A stretch of DNA of 18,945 bases from Paramoeba atlantica (Eukaryota; Protista; Discosea): NCBI GenBank assembly GCA_977017575.1, contig CDRNVI010000122.1, positions 1-18,945 on the forward strand, written 5' to 3'. The notes under the pieces are model-generated. The model saw only the letters and a list, made by a program, of their open reading frames with translations. It had not been told where the DNA came from and ran no database searches. Made by a program: the position numbers and the translations under genes. This document shows, piece by piece, positions 9,587-18,003 of this stretch. Every line of letters begins with the position of its first letter. Positions within the stretch are counted from its first letter, which is position 1.

Positions 9587-9604
9587 CCGCGCCGTTCCTC
9601 TAGA

Positions 9605-11161
9605 TTGGCCGGCCCCGACGAACTGAATTTACTATTGCATATAAAGCCTGACATTCCCCGAATAGATCTTGAAAAAGTTCGAAAATGGATGAACCCAGCG
9701 ACTTTGTACCATTTCGAAGAGGTCTGGGATATGTTGACTAAGCTCCCGGAGGGGACAACGAAAACTGGTCGGGTGAGCGGGGGGCTTGCAAATGAGGATG
9801 TTCGCGCTCTTGTTGAAAATGGAATTATTTCCCGCGTCGGGGAAAATGAATTGGTGGACCGTCCAACGATGCAAGAGATTATTCCCTTTTCAGTAGTTGA
9901 ACGCACAGATGATGGAGAATTCCAGAGGCGAAGATTCATAGCTTGGACGCGAGTCGACAATATGTCGTTAAAAGAATATGAGCCGTACGTGCCTCTCTCA
10001 CATCCCGCGTATTATCTACATAATGTAAGCTCTTCATTCGCAGTCAAACGTGACCTGGCGTGTAGTTTCTTTCAGATTGGACTACCCCTCGAGTCACGCG
10101 CAAAGTTTCGGGTCTCCCATGAGGGAGAAATGTACGAAATGACAGTAATGCCTATGGGTCACAGATGCGCGCCCGAAATTATGCACACAGTGACCGCCAC
10201 TATAGCGGGTCATTCCCACTATTGCAAGCAATCACATGGCTATACTTCGTCAGCCATTGATGTATATATTGATGGCGTTCGGTTCGCAGGCTCTTTCAAT
10301 GCCGTACAACATTACGAGAACTTTATCGATCAAAGGGCAAAAAGCATAAGCGCGAAATTCAAATCCGCAGAAGGTTATCCACTGACGAAATATGTTTATA
10401 ACGGCGTGCTTTACGACCATCAAGCGCATAAGGTCGCACTTGGACCGAAGGTGTTGTCTAAAATAGAGGCGAACCATTTTGGAATACTGACGTACAGTGA
10501 TCTTGAAGCCTGTGTTGGCCGTTTTATCTACTCGTCCGCGATATTAGGAATGAACCTCCCCCGCTTTCACAATATTTTACGGATCACGCGACGCCGCATA
10601 AACGAGCTGAATCGCTACCCTTTATTGGCGGATGTTGCTGTGCCATTATCCAAGGTTACTAGGTGTGGTCTAGCAAAATGGAGAGACGAGTTACGAGCTA
10701 ATATACCCGTTGCTCCTCAACCTCGACCGGATACAGTCGTTCACCAACATGTTTTGTACACCGATGCCTCCAAGGTTGGATGGGGAGGGGTGTTGTACAC
10801 GGACTATGGAGAAATGATCTGTGTCGGCGGTAAGTGGGATGCATCGTTTGACTATGAAGTCAATCGGGCAGAAACTCGTGCCGTTTATCTTAGTATTGGA
10901 AAATTAAAACACCACTTTCGGGAAGGGACGTGTCTAGATTTATATGTAGACAACGTTTCGTGCATGGCAGCCGTCAATAGGAAAATATCGAAATCTTCCG
11001 GCGTTTCTGACGAACTTGAAAAGGTTTTGAATGTAATTAAAAAGCAAGGAATTGCCGTAGATGCGCGGTACGTGAGCACGAAAAGTAACCCTGCCGACAA
11101 AATCAGCCGACTTCGTTATGCCGAGGCAGACCCTGATAACGCGAAAGGGGTGGAAAGTTAG
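9605..11161 (+). CDS. Reverse transcriptase + RNase H of a TATE/VIPER-like YR retrotransposon (probably 5'-truncated)
   Basis: RT: RRRFIAWT, KRDLACSFFQI, PMGHRCAPEIMH, VYIDG. RNase H: LYTDAS, NRAETRAV, YVDN, NPADKISR. Confidence 0.85.
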   Translation: MAGPDELNLLLHIKPDIPRIDLEKVRKWMNPATLYHFEEVWDMLTKLPEGTTKTGRVSGGLANEDVRALVENGIISRVGENELVDRPTMQEIIPFSVVERTDDGEFQRRRFIAWTRVDNMSLKEYEPYVPLSHPAYYLHNVSSSFAVKRDLACSFFQIGLPLESRAKFRVSHEGEMYEMTVMPMGHRCAPEIMHTVTATIAGHSHYCKQSHGYTSSAIDVYIDGVRFAGSFNAVQHYENFIDQRAKSISAKFKSAEGYPLTKYVYNGVLYDHQAHKVALGPKVLSKIEANHFGILTYSDLEACVGRFIYSSAILGMNLPRFHNILRITRRRINELNRYPLLADVAVPLSKVTRCGLAKWRDELRANIPVAPQPRPDTVVHQHVLYTDASKVGWGGVLYTDYGEMICVGGKWDASFDYEVNRAETRAVYLSIGKLKHHFREGTCLDLYVDNVSCMAAVNRKISKSSGVSDELEKVLNVIKKQGIAVDARYVSTKSNPADKISRLRYAEADPDNAKGVES

Positions 11162-11369
11162 TAGCGAGAGGGTGGTGGCGCCGGCCAGGCGCGATGCCCT
11201 ATCGTATAGTTTTGATTTAGGTAGTTTATATTATAGGTCGACAAAACGAATGTTGATATCATTCTATTCTGCAACTATATGTTTTGATAGTTATTGTAAA
11301 CCTTACCCTGAATGGGCGTATACTTTATACAGGATCTCTACAAAGTACGATATTCACACAAAATGAAAT

Positions 11370-11451
11370 TCTAAGAGTTTACGAAAAGAATTTTAGGAAG
11401 TGTGCAGTGGTTAACGTGTTTCATGCACGCACCAACCAGTGCAATCTTGAA
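11370..11451 (+). repeat. 82-bp direct repeat, copy 2
   Basis: Identical to 6908-6989; lies ~210 bp after the RT/RH stop. Confidence 0.95.
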
Positions 11452-11456
11452 GGGTA

Positions 11457-12581
11457 GGGGGGACCTTCGATGAAGCTTCATCGAAAGTGTACAACTTTCG
11501 ATGAAGCACATTGAAAGTTGTACACTTTCGATGAATCTTCATCGAAGGTGTTTTTGACTTTTTTTTTATTTTTTCAAATCTTCACGCAAACGTTTTTCGC
11601 GGATCCATATAGACATTTTGACTTTTTTGGTGCATCATCGAAGTGTTTTGTGAAGGCTCGTAGAGGAATTTCACCGTTTCTTCAGTTTATCTTCATCGAA
11701 GCGTTTTTGACTGATCCATATACATATTTTGAGCGACAATCCTGCGGAAGGGGTAAACACAGGATTTTCGTTGAGCACTCAACGAAGTGCCGGATTTTCG
11801 TTGAGTACTCAACGAACGGAAATTCACGGTGGAAATCAAGGACTTTTGCATAAGTCAAGGACTTTTGTGGAACATCCAAGAATTTTTTTTTGATTTTCAT
11901 TTTCCGTGCGTTCAGTATCCTACACTTCGCTATATACGTTGACAACGCCTGCGTAGCGAAAACTACGAAATTCAGTGAGCTTCGCAAATTGCTTCCCACT
12001 AACGACGCACAGGGGAACCCTACGCGGGGTACGGCTCAGGCCCGCTCACGCGGGCCCTCGCCGTTTCGCGGCCGCGCGCACCCCCGCTCACGCGGGGGCC
12101 CCCGCGCGGCCAAAATGGGTACTAAAATTTGTTATCAAGTAGTTGGGCTTCGCAAATTGCTTCCCACGAATGGGTACTAAAATTTGTTATCAAGGTAGTT
12201 GGTCAAGATTATCAAGATTATCAAGTAGTTATCAGTTGGGCCTTTCTTCCTCCTCCCTCTAAGGTCCTGCAGATTTTTTACGGTCACAGGGTACGTTCGT
12301 TGAGAAATCAACGAACGTACCCCCAAGCCAAAATGTGAAAGAAAACGGAAAGTCAGAATTCAGACAAAAAAACAAAAAATTATTGAATTTAAAATGAAAT
12401 TATATGTTTCATGCAACGTGTTTTCAACAGCCAATGGAAAAATTCGTTCAAAAACAAAAAGTTAAAAAAGTCAAAAAAAGTCAAAAACACCTTCGATGAA
12501 GATTCATCGAAAGTGTACAACTTTCGATGTGCTTCATCGAAAGTGTACAACTTTCGATGAAGATTCATCGAAGGTCCCCCC
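11457..12581. mobile_element. Non-autonomous DNA transposon (MITE-like, 1125 bp) with ~110-bp TIRs, flanked by TA on both sides
   Basis: TA-GGGGGGACCTTCGATG...CATCGAAGGTCCCCCC-TA; TIRs ~11457-11565 and ~12473-12581; no transposase ORF. Confidence 0.8.
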
Positions 12582-12583
12582 TA

Positions 12584-12670
12584 GCCACTCGCTTTTTTTC
12601 CCAGGTGTGATTTCGCAAGTTCGTTGACTACTGTGAGATCGTAATAAACTTCGCCTGTCGCCCAGAAAAT
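12584..12670 (-). pseudogene. Short family B RLE fragment (B6)
   Basis: IFWATGEVYYDLTVVNELAKSHLGKKASG; 3' side cut at the MITE. Confidence 0.75.
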
Positions 12671-14012
12671 GCGCACAGCTCTTCGACAATCAGGTGGAAG
12701 AAGTCCTAGAAACCTGGTTGGGTAAATTGCAAAAACAACAGATGGACATCGCACGTCTACCAATTAAGAAGGGAGGGTTGGGTCTCACGTCATGCTACCA
12801 CACGCGAGAAGCAGCATACAATGCGTCCAGACACGCGGCTCTGAAGCAAAGAAAATCCTTTTCAGCTCGAGCCACGTCAACGGAAGCCAGGTGCACCGAC
12901 AGCGTAAATTCAGTTCAGAAAAATACGTCACCCCCCCCTACAGACGAACTCGCCACAGCTGCGAAACTCCACGAACATGCCTGGAACAAACTCTTTAACG
13001 ATCCAGAAATAGCACCAATCCTGAGGGCCACTACCACCAAAGGGAGTTACGACTGGCTTATGTCACATACGAGATATATTCCACCCCACGTTTTTGAATT
13101 AGCCATAATGCCGAGATTGGGGATAGAACATCCGCGCCTGCCGAAAAGCTTGCTATGCCCAGGATGCCGTTCCATACTCGACAACAGATCAGCTCTCACT
13201 CACATCAGTGGATGTGCGCAATGCTCTGGTATCAATGCCTCCGTGAAGCACAACATGCTGGTGAAATTCTTCCACGACCTTTGCATGCGCGCAGGGATAC
13301 CATGTGAGAGTGAACCTCGAGCATTCAGTAACTGGACGTGCACTACGTGTAGAAATGTGGTAAGCCGAGAAAGCCAACCTACGCACAGCAAAATATGTAC
13401 AGGACGGCACCTTCATCGATCTGGGCCAGACCTTGTGATATACTGGGACACAGGAGCTATATTTTATGATCTTACCGTCGTGCACGAGATGACACCTTCC
13501 CACATAAATAAGAAAAGCTCTCAATTGATCCGTGACGTCATTCATCGCAAAATGGAAACTTACGTCGCAACGGGAATGATCGCCCAAGAATCGTTCCAAT
13601 GCATTCCGATTCTGTCCTCCGGATCACTACACGCGAACACACGCAATCTGATCAGAGCCTTGGCAGACGCTTGTCTTCTGAACGCCCGCGAGACGGAACT
13701 CTCGTTCAAGCTACTGTTGCAAAACTTCAACGGCCTCGTGGTATACTCCCAACTTCGGGAGCACCTCGAAGACAAGTAATAGATTTTAGAAATATTCTAT
13801 AATGGTGAAATAGCTGAGAGATAATATCCGTTGACATCTAAATATTATATATTTTCTATTTTATACGGAGATAATTTCTCTTCGAAAATTGAGAGAAGGG
13901 GGGAAGGAGCACATTTCTCATTTTCCTACGTGGCTTCCTGCTGTAGGGAGCTTATAGGATTTCACAGGAGAAATGCCTCCGAGAATGTTTTAGGCCAAAT
14001 TGATAAAAAAAA
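12671..14012 (+). mobile_element. 5'-truncated family B copy B3 (coding ~12671-13779), 3' UTR and possible A8 tail
   Basis: QLFDNQVEEVLETWLGKL..GGLGL..CPGC..EPR..SGPDL..FYDLTVVH..SQLREHLEDK*; A8 at 14005-14012. Confidence 0.8.
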
Positions 14013-14028
14013 TTTTTCTTTGAACCTC

Positions 14029-14400
14029 TCAGAACACAACTAAGTCAGGTCCACTGCGGTGAAACGAATGTGTGCCACATTTCCTCTGATGATGTAGTTT
14101 TTGGCCATCAGCCACCGTTTTTGCACACTTCACACAACGAAATGTCGAGAACTGCCGAGGCTCTCGCTCGCACGGGAGACCAGCTTTCAGGCACAGATCG
14201 TATATGTGTCGAACTAAGGCACTGTGCCGTGTAGTAGCATTTGAGCCGAAACATTTCACACATCCCAGGAAGTGTGGTAACGCATTTTTCGCTTCGAGTA
14301 TCATTTTGCATCCGGGGCACAGTATTGTATTGGGCATCTCGCTGTGAGCCAACCCTAGGCGAGCCATGATCATCAACGTGAACTGTGGGGATGGGAAAAT
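14029..14400 (-). pseudogene. Internal family B fragment (B7): zinc fingers up to the PD motif
   Basis: IFPSPQFTLMIMARLG..CPGC..RHSALV..EREPRQF..RSGPDLVVF*. The ORF-track portion 14401-14586 is antisense A4 sequence. Confidence 0.8.
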
Positions 14401-16360
14401 TGCAATGGGCGACACAATTCTAAAAATATGCGGTTCGATTCTCTTAAACAGACACGAAAGCTCCCTCAAAACCCTTTTCCAGCCAATCCAACGGGGTATT
14501 CTACAAGAAAGAGCCTGTGAGTCAATAGTGCATGAGTTGTTAGAGGAACGAAAAGACGGATACACTATACTCACAGTTGATTTCAAGAATGCTTATAATA
14601 CGCCACATCGTACGGAAATAGCAAAATCACTGCTTAAGGAGCCGATCTTTAAACACTTCATGCGGCTTTTTTATCTAGAATATGGCCAGCCTTCCGAACT
14701 CCTTTTCTTCGCCAATAATGCATTACACTCGATTATAGAAAGTTCTTCAGGAGTAAGACAGGGATCAGCACTTTCATCGCTCTATTTTTGCTCTCTCCTG
14801 CAACAACCGTTGAAGGAGGTCTCCAAAAATTATCCCGAAGTAAAAATTCGAGCGTACCAAGACGACGTTACAATGAGCTCAAAGAATGTAAAGTCACTGG
14901 AGGCAGCTTTTCATCATTTACGTGAACTTACCCAGGATTTGAATTTACATATAAACTACGGAAAATGCGAGTGGTTCCGAAACACAAACGAAGTATTAAA
15001 TAAAACCAACCTCAAGGAGCTTGGCGTCACAACATGCGAACAGTCCATCAAAGTGTTAGGTGGATACATAGGAAGTGCGAAAGTTGTGGAACATAAACTG
15101 ATTGAAAAGCTGAGTAAACATGAATGCCTTTTTCGTCGTCTACGGGTGATGGGGCCAAGTAACCTGTCGCTAGCAATCCTGCGTCGGTGTACTCTTCCAC
15201 GTCACGATTATCATCTTAGAGTGCACGTTCCAGAGGCAACGTTTTCCCTCGCTGAGGTATTTGATAAAGAAATCCACAAAGTGTTGAGACGATGGTGCAA
15301 TGCAGATGATGAAGCCCTCCGACTAGCTTCTCTACCATGTAAGATGGGCGGCTTAGGCATAACATCGACGATATTGAAGCAACGCTATCTTTTTGCGATT
15401 TCCCGTAAATCTATTGATGAGCAACTTAAACCCACTAACGCTCCAGTAGATATCACGGGAGAGCGGAAAGGTGCCAACCACAAGAAAATTTCCAGCCAAG
15501 CTGCACGTACTGATTTCAAAAAGCAGATTAAGTTAGAACATGAAACACTGGCTTCAGAACTGATGCAAAAGGATAGATTTGCGGGCATTATGAAGCGATC
15601 AAAAGAAGCAAATCTCCACTTGGCAGCGACAAATAATTACGTGAATCCGTATCTCTTCCGATATACACTCATGATGCGGCTTGGTATCGCACTCCAAGGT
15701 GCGCCGAATGAAATTACTTGTCCAGGATGCGGCGCCACGGAAACACCACATGGAATCATTTCACATGTAGCTGGGTGTTCAAGATGTGCAGGGATGAACT
15801 GTACGAGAAAGCACTCCCACATCGTGCGCTACCTTTCCGATCTTTGTGCCAAAGCTGGAGTACCCTGCGCTATAGAACCACGCCTTCATTCTTCCTTCTT
15901 CTGCACGAAGTGCAAATGTTCCATTTCACCTGAAGCTGCAGAACATCATCCTTGTCGTGCTCGGAGAATTCGTTCAGGCCCTGATCTGGCCATAATGTGG
16001 CCAAATGTTGGGGAGATACTCTACGATGTGACAGTGGTGCACACTTGTTGTGGGAGCTACAAGCGGCAGACAAGCGTTGCCCTCCTCCAAAATGCGGTAG
16101 ACCGTAAGCAACGGAAATATGTGCAGGAAAAAGGATTGGACCAAGAATACTTTCGCTGCATACCAGTAACAGATTGTGGTCTTCTTCACAAGGAAACTAA
16201 GGAACTCCTCAAGACACTGGCAAATAGGGCAGGCCTAGACGTAGAAAACACTCGAGAAGCATTCCAATTGGAAATTGAAAAATTCTCCGCATACACTATC
16301 TTCTCGCAACTGCGGCAATATATGGCCCAAGAACATTGGGTAGGAAGTCTGCAATGCTGA
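14399..16360 (+). CDS. Family A copy A4: most of the RT, thumb, zinc fingers and RLE in one uninterrupted frame; 5'-truncated
   Basis: IAMGDTILKI, QPIQRG, DFKNAYN, GVRQGSALSSLYF, AYQDD, LGGYIG, GGLGIT, CPGC, SGPDL..YDVTVVH. Homology begins at IAMG; the ORF-track start at 14366 is antisense B7 sequence. Confidence 0.9.
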   Translation: MAMGDTILKICGSILLNRHESSLKTLFQPIQRGILQERACESIVHELLEERKDGYTILTVDFKNAYNTPHRTEIAKSLLKEPIFKHFMRLFYLEYGQPSELLFFANNALHSIIESSSGVRQGSALSSLYFCSLLQQPLKEVSKNYPEVKIRAYQDDVTMSSKNVKSLEAAFHHLRELTQDLNLHINYGKCEWFRNTNEVLNKTNLKELGVTTCEQSIKVLGGYIGSAKVVEHKLIEKLSKHECLFRRLRVMGPSNLSLAILRRCTLPRHDYHLRVHVPEATFSLAEVFDKEIHKVLRRWCNADDEALRLASLPCKMGGLGITSTILKQRYLFAISRKSIDEQLKPTNAPVDITGERKGANHKKISSQAARTDFKKQIKLEHETLASELMQKDRFAGIMKRSKEANLHLAATNNYVNPYLFRYTLMMRLGIALQGAPNEITCPGCGATETPHGIISHVAGCSRCAGMNCTRKHSHIVRYLSDLCAKAGVPCAIEPRLHSSFFCTKCKCSISPEAAEHHPCRARRIRSGPDLAIMWPNVGEILYDVTVVHTCCGSYKRQTSVALLQNAVDRKQRKYVQEKGLDQEYFRCIPVTDCGLLHKETKELLKTLANRAGLDVENTREAFQLEIEKFSAYTIFSQLRQYMAQEHWVGSLQC

Positions 16361-16577
16361 ATCTTTGAAGTTACTCCGGAAATCGTGCCAAAAGCACACA
16401 AGATAACACACAAAAAAACAGTGATGACGGCACATAAGCTAAAATGCCAGATGATGATTTGGTTTTAATCTCAAGACGTTGCAACATCTTAGGACAGACA
16501 TTGGTGATAAAGATAGATAAAAAGTGAAACTGAGTATGTGCAATGGTTATCAATTTTATCAAGTTCTAAAAGTTTAT

Positions 16578-16716
16578 ATATATGGCCCAAGAACATTGGG
16601 TAGGAAGTCTACAATGCTGAATCTTTGAAGTTACTCCGGAAATCGGGCCAAAAGCACACAAGATAACACAAAAAAAACAGTAATGACGGCACATAAGATA
16701 AAAATACCAGATGATG
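16578..16716 (+). repeat. ~139-bp imperfect duplicate (~95%) of the A4 stop region and 3' UTR start (16318-16455)
   Basis: ATATGGCCCAAGAACATTGGGTAGG...CCAGATGATG with about 6-7 differences. Confidence 0.9.
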
Positions 16717-16723
16717 TTGGGTA

Positions 16724-16772
16724 GTGGGGACCTTCGATGAAGCTTCATCGAAGGTGTTTTTGACCTTTTTTA
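16724..16772. mobile_element. Solo, internally collapsed TIR of the 11457-12581 MITE family
   Basis: TA-GTGGGGACCTTCGATGAAGCTTCATCGAAGGTGTTTTTGACC; no partner TIR seen. Confidence 0.8.
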
Positions 16773-16900
16773 TTGTATCCTTTGGAAGCGCTCATCAAAT
16801 AAATGTGAATGTTTTCCCCCGCAATGTGCACACAGTGTCGTAAAATATCTTGCCCACCAAAAATGAAATGTCACTAATATACAGTATATTTATAATTACC

Positions 16901-17548
16901 TCAAGATGGGATGTATCTTGACTTCGCTTGGAGCCAGTCATTATTGCCCTTTTCGCTGCAGACTTGAACTAGTGGTGAGAGGTCCTTGTCTTTCAACAAC
17001 TCTTTGTGCGTGCGCTGGTTAGCCACGGCCTCCGTCACTTCTATAGATGCGCTTGCCTCACCAAACTTGCACACTTCCACACCCGTCACCCGAGCTGAAT
17101 TGGTTTTCAGATGCTCTAGAGAGACGCGTTTTGAAGCGTTGTAGGATGATGTCCGTATTTCGTTGGACGAAACAAGCCCTAGACCCCCCTGTTTCACCGG
17201 AAGGCGACACCATGATAAATGTTTTTCGGATAGCTTTCCAAGCCAAGTTTGCAGCACTGCTTCAACTTTCTCGTCAAATTGCTTACATAGCGCTTCTGTC
17301 GCGTCTGGCGTGTGCACACGAAGATGGAATTTATGTCGTACATTGATGCTTTTAGATAACAGTAAGAGTGATATATTATTCAGCCCCATTGTTTCCAGCC
17401 TTCTGAAACACGTAGAATGTTTTTTGAGCTTGTCTTGTAATTGCAGGCTTACTGCGGAAGAATCGCCAATGTATGCCCCGAGCGTTTTGGTTGTTTTAGA
17501 TGCAGTTATGACTCCTTCGGACTTCAGTTTGTCAGGCACCGGTATCAT
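16901..17548 (-). pseudogene. Internal family B fragment (B8): RT thumb and linker, truncated at both ends
   Basis: KTLGAYIG..MGLNNISLLLLSKSINVRH..LPVKQGGLGL..DWLQAKSRYIPS*. Confidence 0.8.
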
Positions 17549-17581
17549 GTTTACTGGTTTACTGTTCCGTGATTCGTGTTT

Positions 17582-17801
17582 ACTGGCTTATGTCACATAC
17601 GAGATATATTCCACCCCACGTTTTTGAATTAGCCATAATGCCGAGATTGGGGATAGAACATCCGCGCCTGCCGAAAAGCTTGCTATGCCCAGGATGCCGT
17701 TCCATACTCGACAACAGATCAGCTCTCACTCACATCAGTGGATGTGCGCAATGCTCTGGTATCAATGCCTCCGTGAAGCACAACATGCTGGTGAAATTCT
17801 T
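17582..17801 (+). repeat. Exact 220-bp duplicate of B3 coding sequence 13052-13271
   Basis: ACTGGCTTATGTCACATACG...GTGAAATTCTT identical by eye at offset 4530. Confidence 0.95.
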
Positions 17802-18003
17802 GAAGTTTACGGATAGAATTTGACGAGAAATATATTTTCGAAGTGATATGGATAGGATGCCCCGCCGGGGGGCATTGTACCTGTTTTTGTTTTAAACAAT
17901 AAAATTGTGTTAATACTGATATACAAATATCCCGTAGTACGATATTCGAATATTTATAATTCAATTACTCAGGTTTACTGTTCTCGACAAAAGTTTCGAC
18001 AAA

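Noticed and set aside
6908-11451. Integron (integrase plus attC cassettes)
   Set aside because: The recombinase is of retrotransposon type and linked to RT/RH; there are no regularly spaced attC sites and the context is eukaryotic.
2583-16360. Alternative genetic code with stop reassignment
   Set aside because: TAA, TAG and TGA all terminate homologous ORFs at equivalent positions and long frames lack internal stops.
16901-17801. Classical twin-priming inversion (B8 ends at RYIPS where the B3 duplicate begins)
   Set aside because: The geometry fits, but the overlapping parts differ strongly in DNA and protein, so they come from different subfamilies and not one RNA.
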